Below, piece by piece: positions 34,759-44,321 of a stretch of DNA of 64,000 nt. Location: sequence record MK573636. One strand, written 5' to 3'. The translations under genes were made by a program, and so were the position numbers. The stretch's first letter is position 1, and each line of letters opens with the position of its first letter. The notes beneath the pieces were generated by a model. That model was not told the origin of the DNA and ran no database searches. It worked only from the letters and a program-made list of their open reading frames with translations. Origin of the DNA: Escherichia phage vB_EcoM_PHB13.

Positions 34759-36261
34759 TTAAATCTCGATGGTTTTCGTGACATATTCGAATCGATCGGT
34801 GTTGTAAATTTTTATTCTTTCAAGGGCATGTTTAAGAGCATAATTAAGGTGACTAAACTGTTTCTTAGCATTCTTGCTCTTTGTCTTCACCGCCAGATGA
34901 TCTATAAGATCCCAGACCGTTGCAATATCCTTAGAACCATGTTTACGCAATGCACGACCGATACTCTGACGAACGATAGTTGATTCCTTCACTGGATGAC
35001 CGAAAATAACATGGTGCAAATTCTTAATTGAAACACCAGTAGAGAACACACCATAGGATGCAACACAAATGATCCCGGTGTCACCCTCCGCCATTTTCTT
35101 AAATTCATCACGTTCTTCTGTCTTAACTCCACCGTCAATATAATAAACCTTGTCGTGTACCTTCTGTAACGCGTCATACATAAGTTTTCCGTGCTTAGTA
35201 TTGCGGAACATCAGGAATACGTTTTCTCCCTTCTTAGCGAGTTTTAGCGCCAAATTGCAAGCAAACTTATTACGTCGTGGGTTAGATGTAATATACTTGA
35301 TCTCTTCCGCATATTCTCTCCCCTTAACCGCGCTACATTCCTCATCGGTATAACGAAGGAAAAGACAGTTAATTTTCAGTTTTGTCACTTGCCCTTCTTC
35401 CATCAGGCGGTCAATACTCACGATCTTAGAAATATCACCGAAAAGCCCGACATACTGCATCATGTTAGCTTTCCCGTCACGAGGGGAACCAGTCATACCG
35501 ATCTTAAATTGGCAATGATCCATATCAGTAACGATGTTTAGCAGGTTTTTAGCAGTGGCTTTGTGACATTCGTCAACAATAACCATCCCAAATTGCTGGA
35601 ACCACTCACGAGGTTGTTTACATGCAGATTGCCACGTACTAACAACGATCAGGCGATCACCTACGTGTTTACTAGTACCGCTCATGATAGTATGAATTGC
35701 TTCATAAGGAAACTGGCGATAATCAACAAAGTCATCACGCATTTGCAGCACTAGCGACGTGGTAGGAACGATGATCAACACTTTCCCTTCGTAGTTCTCT
35801 AAGTACCAACGAGACAACATACAAGCAATCGCAGATTTACCAGCGGACGTAGGCAAAACTAACATACGGCGTTTATGATGAATACCTTCAAAGACGGCCT
35901 TTGATTGATACCAATGAGGGGTGATCCTGTTATCACCGGAATATAATTCTAAGTCATTACACCATTTTGTAATTTCTTCTTCTGTAACTTGTTCTTTTTC
36001 GAATAAGCGAGGATCTACCCATACGCTATAGCCCATATTTTTAGCGAAGATTCCCACGGTTTTAGTTAGGCCGATTGGCAGCTTTCCGTTGTAATCTAAA
36101 AGACGAATACGCCCATCCCATCCACCATACTTAAATCTTTTTTGAAACCGCGCTCCCTCGACTTCAAAACTAAAATAATCTCGCATTTCTAATAAAATTG
36201 AATCGCTACATTCAATTTGAACATGGGAGTAGTTCAGAAAGTGAATTTTAATATCTTGCAT
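34759..36261 (-). CDS. uvsW: UvsW DNA helicase (SF2)
   Basis: Walker A LPTSAGKS, DECH box MVIVDECH; N-terminus MQDIKIHF matches T4 MDIKVHF, so ATG at 36259-36261 preferred over track GTG at 36276. Confidence 0.88.
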   Translation of the reverse strand: MQDIKIHFLNYSHVQIECSDSILLEMRDYFSFEVEGARFQKRFKYGGWDGRIRLLDYNGKLPIGLTKTVGIFAKNMGYSVWVDPRLFEKEQVTEEEITKWCNDLELYSGDNRITPHWYQSKAVFEGIHHKRRMLVLPTSAGKSAIACMLSRWYLENYEGKVLIIVPTTSLVLQMRDDFVDYRQFPYEAIHTIMSGTSKHVGDRLIVVSTWQSACKQPREWFQQFGMVIVDECHKATAKNLLNIVTDMDHCQFKIGMTGSPRDGKANMMQYVGLFGDISKIVSIDRLMEEGQVTKLKINCLFLRYTDEECSAVKGREYAEEIKYITSNPRRNKFACNLALKLAKKGENVFLMFRNTKHGKLMYDALQKVHDKVYYIDGGVKTEERDEFKKMAEGDTGIICVASYGVFSTGVSIKNLHHVIFGHPVKESTIVRQSIGRALRKHGSKDIATVWDLIDHLAVKTKSKNAKKQFSHLNYALKHALERIKIYNTDRFEYVTKTIEI

Positions 36262-36297
36262 AGCGAATAGCCTCACTCAATAAATACAGTATACAAA

Positions 36298-36305
36298 TAT
36301 TTATA
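36298..36305 (-). promoter_or_regulatory. late promoter -10 box TATAAATA upstream of uvsW
   Basis: Exact reverse-complement TATTTATA 37 nt upstream of corrected uvsW ATG. Confidence 0.5.
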
Positions 36306-36331
36306 CAAACACCCCCAATCAGGAGAATAAC

Positions 36332-37057
36332 ATGTTTGATAAAGAATATTTCGAAGAACTCCGCGCTATTGCGGCGTCCGACGACAAAGAAGCACAGAAA
36401 ACCGCTAAAACAGAATTAGCGGACTACGCGAAACAATTTGATATTAAGGTCAAAAAGACGTTCTCACTAGAGAACATGATCGAGTTCGTAGAAACCGAAT
36501 TAACTAAACTGGCTTCCGAAATGGAAGAAGAAACTCCGGCAGAAGGAACCAGTATTAACGATCTTATTCTGGCAGCAGACACCGCAGATGATAAAGTGGT
36601 ATTCGACGAAGTTGATCCGTCTCTGGTTGAAGCAATGAAAGAACCTGAGATCGTCATTGAAGAAACAAAAGAAGAATCTCCAGCAGTTGAACCAGTGGTC
36701 GAAGAAGTTAAGTCAGATGTTGAAGAAGCACCGGAAGTTAAAGTGGAATCTCCGGTAGCCAACATTTTCTCTAACGAAGCAGAGCATCGTTCCCCAGCAC
36801 ATGACACTGATTCATTTTGCGATCTTACCGGCTTCCGTCCGACCATTTGCTTGATCGGTGGCGGTCGTGGTTACTACTCCTGCCCGTGGTGGATTTTCGA
36901 CTGGATCGTTAATACTCCAGATTGGAAGAAGTATCCAGAGCGTTTCCCGCACGCGTATGTACACGACACCCTCAAGTCACTGATCTATTATATCAAACGC
37001 GATGGGTCTGTCAAGGTGCGAGAGACTAAACATAGCCAATTCCACACACTCAAGTAA
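36332..37057 (+). CDS. acidic low-complexity protein with Hoc-like C-terminal motif (possible Inh homolog by synteny)
   Basis: E/P/V-rich linker; C-terminal CPWWIFDWIV resembles Hoc GWWVFDEIV; between uvsW and hoc. Confidence 0.45.
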   Translation: MFDKEYFEELRAIAASDDKEAQKTAKTELADYAKQFDIKVKKTFSLENMIEFVETELTKLASEMEEETPAEGTSINDLILAADTADDKVVFDEVDPSLVEAMKEPEIVIEETKEESPAVEPVVEEVKSDVEEAPEVKVESPVANIFSNEAEHRSPAHDTDSFCDLTGFRPTICLIGGGRGYYSCPWWIFDWIVNTPDWKKYPERFPHAYVHDTLKSLIYYIKRDGSVKVRETKHSQFHTLK

Positions 37058-37322
37058 TTTTTGGGTGATAAAAGTTGTGAAATATTTGTTATACTTTTAA
37101 TTGTAGTTCCGTTATGCAATTAAAAAGAGGATACTACATGTCTAACAAAATCAATGTATTACATCAAACAGAACAAATACCCAGACGAGATCGATACTAT
37201 TTCGGCCTCGTTGCATCACTATTCTAATACTCATGTATTGGAATCTCGCAATGGTTATCTGGTTGATGACAATCAACTATTTCAATTAATTAAATTCGGA
37301 TTTTCGATGGGAGTGGCTTTAT

Positions 37323-38537
37323 ATGGCTTTCACAGTATCAATACAATCTAACAAAAGATGTTTTCTTGCTGGAGATGGTTTCACCTTAACGGCGACTGTA
37401 GCGGGTGACGAACCATTACCCAGCAATTTGACATATACATGGACAAAAGACGACCAACCGCATGAAAATAGCACAGCTACGCTAACTGTAGCAGACGCAA
37501 CAAGTGAAAATGCGGGTAGCTATAAAGTAACGGTACAAGATACCGATACGACGGAATCAGTAGAATCTGAAGTTTTCCTCATGGAAGAAGCTGAATTAAT
37601 CGTAAATATCACCGAACCGCAGCATTTCTACGTATCATCACAAAAAGACGTAGAATTACATGCAACAGTAAATTTTTCTGGTGGGAAGACCCCAGCAGAC
37701 AACTATGAACTACATTATAGTTGGAGTAAGGGCGAAGACGTTATAGACACAAAACAGGATATTACAATCCAAGAATTTACAGCAGATAAAAACGGCGTGT
37801 ATACTGTAAAAGTGTGGGGTGAGTCGGAAGATTCAGCCGCTAGCGCATCGACTAAAATCATGCTGGCAACAATGAACGTAGATCAGGATGTGGTGGAATC
37901 AAAGACCGTGGCACTAGGTAATGAGATCTTACTTAATTATGTTGTGTCAGAGGACATTGTAGGCGATTCTAGCGGTATGCCTAATTTGACGATCAAATAT
38001 AACTGGTATTTGCAGCGCGAAGGGCAACCGTCACCGACTCTAATCGGTAGTGAGGTCGGCGAAGCACTGGAAGGATTTTCTATCATGCCAGACGGTCATC
38101 TGTTCAAAGAGAGTGCTACTTACGATGACACAGCCAAATTCTGGTGTGTTGCTAAACTATATCAACAGATCGAAGATGAAACAGTAGAAGTTGCAGCAAG
38201 TACAAGCCGAAAATGTTCAATGGAAGTTGTTAAAATGTTTCGTTACGTACACCCGATCCCGTGGCGCAAAACTTCATTTATCTACATTGGATGGTGGGTA
38301 TTTGACGAGATTGTTAAATTCAATGAGGCTGGGTTAGAGTGGCGTGATCGAGAAGTTTATTCAACCAGCAAGTACGCCAAAGATCTGGAGACAATCGCGG
38401 CAGCGGAAGAAAAATATAGTGATTGCACTTGCATGGAATCTCGCAATGGTTTCATGTATCATTCCAAAGAGTTACATAAACTGGACCGAGATACGTTAGA
38501 GCGAGTTCTACGCATTCGTGAAACGCATCCTGCTTAA
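37323..38537 (+). CDS. hoc: Hoc outer capsid decoration protein (Ig-like domains)
   Basis: Ig-like repeats; C-terminus matches T4 Hoc (YVHPIPWR, GWWVFDEI, ESRNGF). Confidence 0.8.
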   Translation: MAFTVSIQSNKRCFLAGDGFTLTATVAGDEPLPSNLTYTWTKDDQPHENSTATLTVADATSENAGSYKVTVQDTDTTESVESEVFLMEEAELIVNITEPQHFYVSSQKDVELHATVNFSGGKTPADNYELHYSWSKGEDVIDTKQDITIQEFTADKNGVYTVKVWGESEDSAASASTKIMLATMNVDQDVVESKTVALGNEILLNYVVSEDIVGDSSGMPNLTIKYNWYLQREGQPSPTLIGSEVGEALEGFSIMPDGHLFKESATYDDTAKFWCVAKLYQQIEDETVEVAASTSRKCSMEVVKMFRYVHPIPWRKTSFIYIGWWVFDEIVKFNEAGLEWRDREVYSTSKYAKDLETIAAAEEKYSDCTCMESRNGFMYHSKELHKLDRDTLERVLRIRETHPA

Positions 38538-38548
38538 TGAAATCTATC

Positions 38549-38576
38549 AGCCATCCTTCGGGGTGGCTTTTTTGTT
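38549..38576 (+). terminator. rho-independent terminator (AGCCATCC-TTCG-GGGTGGCT + T6)
   Basis: Read directly after hoc. Confidence 0.75.
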
Positions 38577-38584
38577 TTTAGTGC

Positions 38585-38612
38585 TTGACAGAGCGATTTA
38601 GATGCCTATAAT
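38585..38612 (+). promoter_or_regulatory. sigma70-type promoter TTGACA-N16-TATAAT
   Basis: Direct reading. Confidence 0.55.
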
Positions 38613-38738
38613 GGCACGCATCGACATGCTACTGTCATAGTGAGGCGAAGAAAATATTATGAATATGGGGTTGAAAATGGCTTTAATAACTGTTACTGTC
38701 CTATTCGTTGTTGTGTTTATGAATGTATGAGGTGAAGT

Positions 38739-38936
38739 ATGAATGAGATTGTACGATTGATCAAAGAAGCACCAATCGAGATGTATTTTCTGGCTTTGGT
38801 TGCAACAATGGTCTATCAGCTAGTCGCATGTCATGTGTGGAAGTCGGAAAATGCGTTTATCCGGTTTTTTGGTACTGTCATGATCCAGTTTCCGGTACTG
38901 ATCACTATCCTGTTAATCGTCAATGGGGCGAAGTGA
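38739..38936 (+). CDS. small membrane protein (65 aa)
   Basis: Two hydrophobic segments; preceded by a 23-aa hydrophobic mini-ORF at 38659-38730. Confidence 0.4.
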   Translation: MNEIVRLIKEAPIEMYFLALVATMVYQLVACHVWKSENAFIRFFGTVMIQFPVLITILLIVNGAK

Positions 38937-39211
38937 TGGACAAGAAAACAGCGTTAATGGTTTACATGCTACGCGAAGACCACGGTCTTAATTTTGTTGA
39001 TATTGCTAAAAAGATTGGCGGGATCAGCGGACAAGATGCGGCTAAGGCATGGTTGATGGTAAAAGATGCACGCGAGGCTTACGCCAGCCGTGAAAAGGTT
39101 GTTTATCGTAAACACCACATCAACAAAAAATTTAAAAATAAAGTTCAAAAACGTGTTGACAAGCCAAATAACACTGTTATAATGGACGCATTCAAACGGG
39201 CAATGTCCTGA
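38936..39211 (+). CDS. small basic protein (91 aa)
   Basis: Start taken at MDKKTALMVY (GTGATGG overlap with previous stop) rather than track 38828. Confidence 0.4.
   Translation: MDKKTALMVYMLREDHGLNFVDIAKKIGGISGQDAAKAWLMVKDAREAYASREKVVYRKHHINKKFKNKVQKRVDKPNNTVIMDAFKRAMS
39155..39183 (+). promoter_or_regulatory. sigma70-type promoter TTGACA-N17-TATAAT inside 3' end of preceding ORF
   Basis: Direct reading. Confidence 0.5.
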
Positions 39212-39257
39212 TTTGTAATTAATATTCTGAATAACTAATCAATAGAGGTGACTAATT

Positions 39258-39695
39258 ATGAAATTCCGTAAAAACCACGTAGCAATGAAAAAGGCAATGT
39301 TCGAAGCATTCAAAGCAGTTGATCAGGGCGGTGTTACTCTGATTGAGCAAATTAATGTTGATGTTTGGCAATCTCCGGCGATCACCTGCTCCCGTCTTGC
39401 TACGGCTGGACTTCTGAAAGTTCACAGCTCTACCGCATACGACGAAGCATTGCAAGTTATTAAGGCTTTTTCTGGAGACGTTACCAGCAAGTTGGTCTAT
39501 GAGAATAAAGGTGAAATTGCGGTTGCTCACGTAGGCAACAATATCCAGATGGAGATCAAGATTAAGGAAGGGTCTAAACGCAATCAGATGCTTGTTCGCT
39601 TCCAACCATACAAAACTAACGTAGTGCCGGATGATCTGATCATCTCTAAGAGTAATGTTACCATTCGCCGAAATCAGATCGTTATCAACAAATAA
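39258..39695 (+). CDS. hypothetical protein (145 aa)
   Basis: ORF with SD GAGGTGA; followed by terminator. Confidence 0.55.
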   Translation: MKFRKNHVAMKKAMFEAFKAVDQGGVTLIEQINVDVWQSPAITCSRLATAGLLKVHSSTAYDEALQVIKAFSGDVTSKLVYENKGEIAVAHVGNNIQMEIKIKEGSKRNQMLVRFQPYKTNVVPDDLIISKSNVTIRRNQIVINK

Positions 39696-39703
39696 TTAAC
39701 ATT

Positions 39704-39730
39704 AGCCGTCCTTCTGGGCGGCTTTTTTGT
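39704..39730 (+). terminator. rho-independent terminator (AGCCGTCC-TTCT-GGGCGGCT + T6)
   Basis: Same family as 38549 and 63084. Confidence 0.75.
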
Positions 39731-39781
39731 ATCTGTTATCAACATAATTTTAGTTTACATGTGCACAATATTAATACTGTT

Positions 39782-39808
39782 TGATTAAATTGTGACCAAA
39801 ACGAAGAA
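39782..39808. repeat. 27-nt imperfect direct repeat, copy 1 (TGATTAAATTGTGACCAAAACGAAGAA)
   Basis: Matches copy 2 at 24 of 27 positions, ~148 nt away, in 380-bp AT-rich non-coding region. Confidence 0.6.
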
Positions 39809-39929
39809 AGATCTTTAGAACATAGAAAATGTATCTTTGGTTAATTATTAATCACTACATATTGTAACACAAATGTTATACTCCGTAGGAGTTCGCGAAG
39901 CGATATCCTTTTGTGTAGTTTTTACATAT

Positions 39930-39956
39930 ATGATTAAATTATGAACAAAACGAAGA
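39930..39956. repeat. 27-nt imperfect direct repeat, copy 2 (TGATTAAATTATGAACAAAACGAAGAC)
   Basis: See copy 1. Confidence 0.6.
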
Positions 39957-40108
39957 CTTATCTTATAGAATAATAAAAATTTGTTTCGAACATTTATTAA
40001 TCAATTACTGGAAGTGTTTTAATGCTCGCTGTGCTCGCTTCCGCTACGCGGATACTTGTATTTGTTATTAACTTGTAGTATGATATTGCTTTCTATGGAG
40101 GAAATATT

Positions 40109-40696
40109 ATGTTTGACCAGTTACAAGATCTATTTGGAGTAAAACCACTTCGTAGATGTGCTCTTATAGGCTCTAGAAAAGCGCCTAACGACATTTTGAT
40201 AATGGCTAGTACCATTGGGAGGGTATTGTCAGAAAATCGCGTTGTAGCGCATTCTGGAGGGGCTTACGGTATGGACAATGCTTTCATGAAGTATTACGAC
40301 CCAGATTATAGAAAAATTTTCATTCCAAATTGGAAGTTTTACGATCATAAGCATAATGGTCGTGATGTGATTGCGTGGCAGACTCTAGAGCAAAAGAATC
40401 TGGCGATGGATGAATTAGAACACGTTTATGATAATCCTCGTTCTATACCGTTATACATGCAAAATCTGTTTTCTAGAAATGTTGCTCAAGTCTTAGGTGA
40501 GACACTTGATGATCCTGTAGATTGTGTGTTATTTTGGGCGAAAGAAGTTAATGGAATCGTTTCGGGAGGAACTCGAATTGCTGTCTATATTGCTCGTAGA
40601 CATGGGATACCATGTTTTAACTTATATCATCAAGAAAATAGATCCGCCGTCGAAAAAATATTGGGCGGATCTGACTTGTCTTGGTTAGATATTTAG
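40109..40696 (+). CDS. SLOG-superfamily (DprA/Smf- or LOG-like) Rossmann-fold protein
   Basis: ALIGSRKAP, AHSGGAYGMDNAF, NLFSRNVAQVLG, NGIVSGGTRIAVYIARRHGIPCF match DprA/LOG signatures from memory; convergent with gene 24. Confidence 0.45.
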   Translation: MFDQLQDLFGVKPLRRCALIGSRKAPNDILIMASTIGRVLSENRVVAHSGGAYGMDNAFMKYYDPDYRKIFIPNWKFYDHKHNGRDVIAWQTLEQKNLAMDELEHVYDNPRSIPLYMQNLFSRNVAQVLGETLDDPVDCVLFWAKEVNGIVSGGTRIAVYIARRHGIPCFNLYHQENRSAVEKILGGSDLSWLDI

Positions 40697-41938
40697 TTAA
40701 GCGTTGTCAATCTCAAGCGGTGGCAGTTCGATTCCTAAAATGTAGGACATTTCTGAACGTCCAGCCATTTTACCCCAATCGTCACCCTTGATGACCTGGT
40801 GTTCTTCCTGATCAACTTTTGATGTGTATGGGTTGACAGAGAGTGAATAACGATTCATAATAGCTACATGATGCTGGAAGCTATTAGGGTCAATTACGCT
40901 CTTATACGCGCCAGCGCCGTCGGCTTCTGTATATGGGGAGTAGAACAGAGAACCTACACTCTCCATATCACCGATCATGTGCTTACAACCAACGAGCATA
41001 TAATCGAAAGGTGTTGTCGTGTCTGCGTACACTTCCAGACCGCAACGTAGACGACCTTCGCTTAGAGCATTGTCGGTTTCTTCCATCCAACCGGTAGATT
41101 GCAGGAGGCCAACCACGCGAGAAGACGCCAAAACGTATGTACCAGCAAAGGAGGAAGTCCGCAACATTTGATTGCTCATCTCGCAAGCATAGCGGTAAAG
41201 TTCACGCGCTTGTGTTGGTGCATCCTGAACGCTAACGAGAGAAAGTACGCCATCAGGGGTGATCCCTTTAATTTTATAGCGAGATGATACAGTGATCAAC
41301 TTCTGAATAATATCTTTGTTGATCTCTTCGGAAGCAACAGTAGCCAGAAGATCAATTACAGAGTTTTCAGAGTTGATTTGGCTTGCCTCAAGATCCTGCA
41401 TTAATTCAGTGGTGAACGAGGTTTTCAGTTTACGAGAACCTACATTAACTTGCCACTTGTCAAACTGCATAGAGGTAGACGCAATTTCGGTGTTTTTATC
41501 TTCAAAGTATTCTACCGATGCACAATCGCTATAGAAACGAATTTTGTTTGTCATTACGCCTTTAAAGATCGCAGCTTCTGGAGTTGCGGCATCTTCACCG
41601 ACTGTACCAGCGGTCACAACTTCGTATACAACATCGCCTGATTTGAATAGTGCGCCTTCGTCATAAGATTTTTCTTTTGAAAACTCTTCAATCTCTGTGC
41701 GATCACCAACCGCTCCACCGTAGGTTGCAGCAGTTCGGAAAGTCATCTGACCATCATGATTAAGATAACGTAGGCCGTACAATGCAGATACTGGTTGATC
41801 CGTTGGTTGGATTGCTACCAGATCAGAGAAAATCAGGTTGTTTACCGCGCGAGTTAATGATAATAGTTGCGGTCGCGCTGTCTGGTTAGCTACTGAGGAA
41901 GTAGATTCCCGCAACAGTTCAGTAAAAATATGAGTCAT
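40697..41938 (-). CDS. gp24: head vertex protein
   Basis: Colinear with T4 gp24 (ELLRESTSS, KRYKIKGITPDG, GSLFYSPYTE); start set at MTHIF because track start 41986 runs over the late promoter. Confidence 0.9.
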   Translation of the reverse strand: MTHIFTELLRESTSSVANQTARPQLLSLTRAVNNLIFSDLVAIQPTDQPVSALYGLRYLNHDGQMTFRTAATYGGAVGDRTEIEEFSKEKSYDEGALFKSGDVVYEVVTAGTVGEDAATPEAAIFKGVMTNKIRFYSDCASVEYFEDKNTEIASTSMQFDKWQVNVGSRKLKTSFTTELMQDLEASQINSENSVIDLLATVASEEINKDIIQKLITVSSRYKIKGITPDGVLSLVSVQDAPTQARELYRYACEMSNQMLRTSSFAGTYVLASSRVVGLLQSTGWMEETDNALSEGRLRCGLEVYADTTTPFDYMLVGCKHMIGDMESVGSLFYSPYTEADGAGAYKSVIDPNSFQHHVAIMNRYSLSVNPYTSKVDQEEHQVIKGDDWGKMAGRSEMSYILGIELPPLEIDNA

Positions 41939-41975
41939 GTTTATGAATCCTGTATTTGCCTTAATGGATATATCA

Positions 41976-41983
41976 TATTTATA
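41976..41983 (-). promoter_or_regulatory. late promoter -10 box TATAAATA for gene 24
   Basis: Exact TATTTATA on + strand ~40 nt upstream of gp24 ATG. Confidence 0.65.
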
Positions 41984-42675
41984 CAAAAAGAAAAAGGAAT
42001 CCGAAGGATTCCAAAAATAAACTTACTTCTTCCTAGAAACATTATCAACGCTACGGTTAACTTTGTTTACCATATTAATTGCATGATCAGAACGAATAAT
42101 TGCATAAGCTAATGCTAACATCAATTCGTTGTATTCCTTACGAGTCATAACATAGCTGTTTTCTTTCTTACTCATGCATTCCTCCTTATGGAGAATTTTG
42201 GGTTAATTCAGGGAACAGCGTACCAAAACCAAAAATTATCGCTAGCGTCACGCTGGAATGCCATAACAAGGTCGACATACACCAGATCTGTATATCTACC
42301 AAATCTATCCGACCCAATATCAACATGAACGCTCATTTCATTCATTGGTCCTTTGCCATGCAGTTACTACGAAAATTGGTGAAATTGTTTGTTGTGTTTT
42401 AATAAATCCAGCATCAAAAGCAATTACACATATCATAGCCACCGGATTTAGGCTCGCGACCCCCGATGTTCTGCATCTTCCTGTCTTTGTTGTGTGTATC
42501 TATTTTTCGCTCCCAATAGAATATAGGCTTGCAACCTTATTTATAACGGGATATAATACGCAAAAAGGGAAGACCCTTTCGAGTCTTCCCTTTGGAATTA
42601 ACACTTTACACTGTCATAAGGTTTATGATAAGTCGGGTATTGCACCCGACCGGAGTTTTTCAGGAATGGCTTATA

Positions 42676-44262
42676 TTAGCAACCTTTAACCCATACACGA
42701 CGGAAGTATGCGTTTTTACCTACGCTGTCTTTGCTCAACATACCGGAGGTGATGCGAGCGGACGGTGCTTGGGATTTGCTGTCTGCAAACGGGTTAATGC
42801 CGATGCCATAGCGAGTCTTGAAGCCCAGAACCGGGTGGAAAGACTGCGGGTCAGTTGCACGCAGCGGAGTCAGAGCAACATACGGAGCATAGTAGATACC
42901 AGCATCCATTTCGTTGTCGCCTTTGTAACCTACGGTGAAGTAGTCTTGACGAGCATACTGGTCGATGAACACTTTGTACTTACCAGCCAGAACACCAGCG
43001 AAAACAGCTTTAGTGGTGTCGGTATTCAGACCTTTTGCAGCACCCTGCATAGCAAGACTGATACCCTGATCAGCAGAAGCCAGAATGTTTACAACGTTAC
43101 GGGAAGCGATAACAAAGTTACCCGCACCGCGACCAGTCTGACGAGCGATTTCAGCAGCTTCTTTGTCGATCTGGTAGATCAGAGATTTGAAGGATTCACC
43201 AGCCCAACGAGCACCGCGAGTATCGATCGGGTCTTGCAGGTCAAATACACCAGCTTTAGAACCAACGGTCTGAGTCATGCCAGTCTTACCAACCTGAGCG
43301 GTAAAGTTGATGACGTCAACGATTTCACGGTTGATTTCAAGCAGAACTTCGTTAGCCAGGATAGCATTCAGTTCAGCGTCAGCATCCATACCGTGTACAG
43401 CACGCAGATCCTGCGCAACTTCGATAGAGTAACGGGCTTTCAGTTGGCGAGATTTCGCTTCAACAACCTGTTTGTCAATACGCATTGACATTTCAGCCCA
43501 CGGGTTATTGCTGGAACCGTTAAAGCCTTCCTGAATTTCGGCAATGGAAGTAGCCATACCGAAAGCGATTTCAGCAAGTTTACCTTCTTCCATCAGCTTC
43601 ATGACAACTTCATCATCTGACTCGCTGCCAGCTTTGGTCGGGGTTACTGCGCCAGCGGTAACGTTTTGCAGATATGCAATGCCAGTTTCTGCGAAGGTGT
43701 GGTGTACAATATCACCTGCTTCAATCTGAGTATTGATAGTTAGTTTAGCAAACGGAGTCCCGGTCGGAGAACCTACAGCTGCACCTTTAGCAGCAAGAGA
43801 GCTATGGAACGCATCAGGTGCATACATCGGATGGAATGCTTCTTTAGCCTGAGACGCCAGCGGATCAGCACCATATACAGAACGGATTGCAAAGATCTGG
43901 CTAGTCGGAGTGCTCATCGGCTGAACGCCACAAATATCAAATGCGATCAGGTTAGGGATAGCACGGCGAACCATACCGATAACAGCCGGACCTACGTTGG
44001 TGATTGCACCGGTAGTCTGACCAGCCGCGATGTGAGATGCATCATAACCGTGGTCGCCAGCAACTTCGGCTTCTGCGATAAAGCCACCGAATGCTTCAAC
44101 AACTTTTTCATCCTTATAGATCGGGTCTACAGCAAAATCCGCTTCCTGAGATTCCAGAATTTTAGCAACCAGTTTCTGCTTAGACGCAGTTGCGATTTCC
44201 GGCAGTTTTTCGTTCTCCAGCAGCGGGGACCATTTTTCCATCAGTTCTTTGGTAGTTTTCAT
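42676..44262 (-). CDS. gp23: major capsid protein
   Basis: 528 aa, high identity to T4 gp23 over full length (RRAIPNLIAFDICGVQPM, GRGAGNFVIASRNVVN, YYAPYVALTPLR). Confidence 0.97.
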   Translation of the reverse strand: MKTTKELMEKWSPLLENEKLPEIATASKQKLVAKILESQEADFAVDPIYKDEKVVEAFGGFIAEAEVAGDHGYDASHIAAGQTTGAITNVGPAVIGMVRRAIPNLIAFDICGVQPMSTPTSQIFAIRSVYGADPLASQAKEAFHPMYAPDAFHSSLAAKGAAVGSPTGTPFAKLTINTQIEAGDIVHHTFAETGIAYLQNVTAGAVTPTKAGSESDDEVVMKLMEEGKLAEIAFGMATSIAEIQEGFNGSSNNPWAEMSMRIDKQVVEAKSRQLKARYSIEVAQDLRAVHGMDADAELNAILANEVLLEINREIVDVINFTAQVGKTGMTQTVGSKAGVFDLQDPIDTRGARWAGESFKSLIYQIDKEAAEIARQTGRGAGNFVIASRNVVNILASADQGISLAMQGAAKGLNTDTTKAVFAGVLAGKYKVFIDQYARQDYFTVGYKGDNEMDAGIYYAPYVALTPLRATDPQSFHPVLGFKTRYGIGINPFADSKSQAPSARITSGMLSKDSVGKNAYFRRVWVKGC

Positions 44263-44295
44263 GTTCTTTAAACCTTGTTTGTTGTTAACCTAAAG

Positions 44296-44303
44296 TATTT
44301 ATA
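44296..44303 (-). promoter_or_regulatory. late promoter -10 box TATAAATA for gene 23
   Basis: Exact TATTTATA on + strand 34 nt upstream of gp23 ATG. Confidence 0.7.
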
Positions 44304-44321
44304 AAGTAGATTTGAATTACA

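Noticed and set aside
40021-40050. MotA-dependent middle promoter (TGCTT box) in the non-coding region
   Set aside because: Sequence reads TGCTCGCT, not the (a/t)(a/t)TGCTT(t/c)A consensus, and no appropriately spaced TAnnnT -10 was convincing.
42592-43488. 298-aa + strand ORF and other long antisense ORFs (23057-23659, 36424-36846, 45212-45604, 47190-47687, 49517-50125)
   Set aside because: Each lies entirely antisense within a strongly supported conserved gene (gp23, alt, acidic protein, gp21, gp20, gp18), has low-complexity composition and no ribosome-binding site or promoter.
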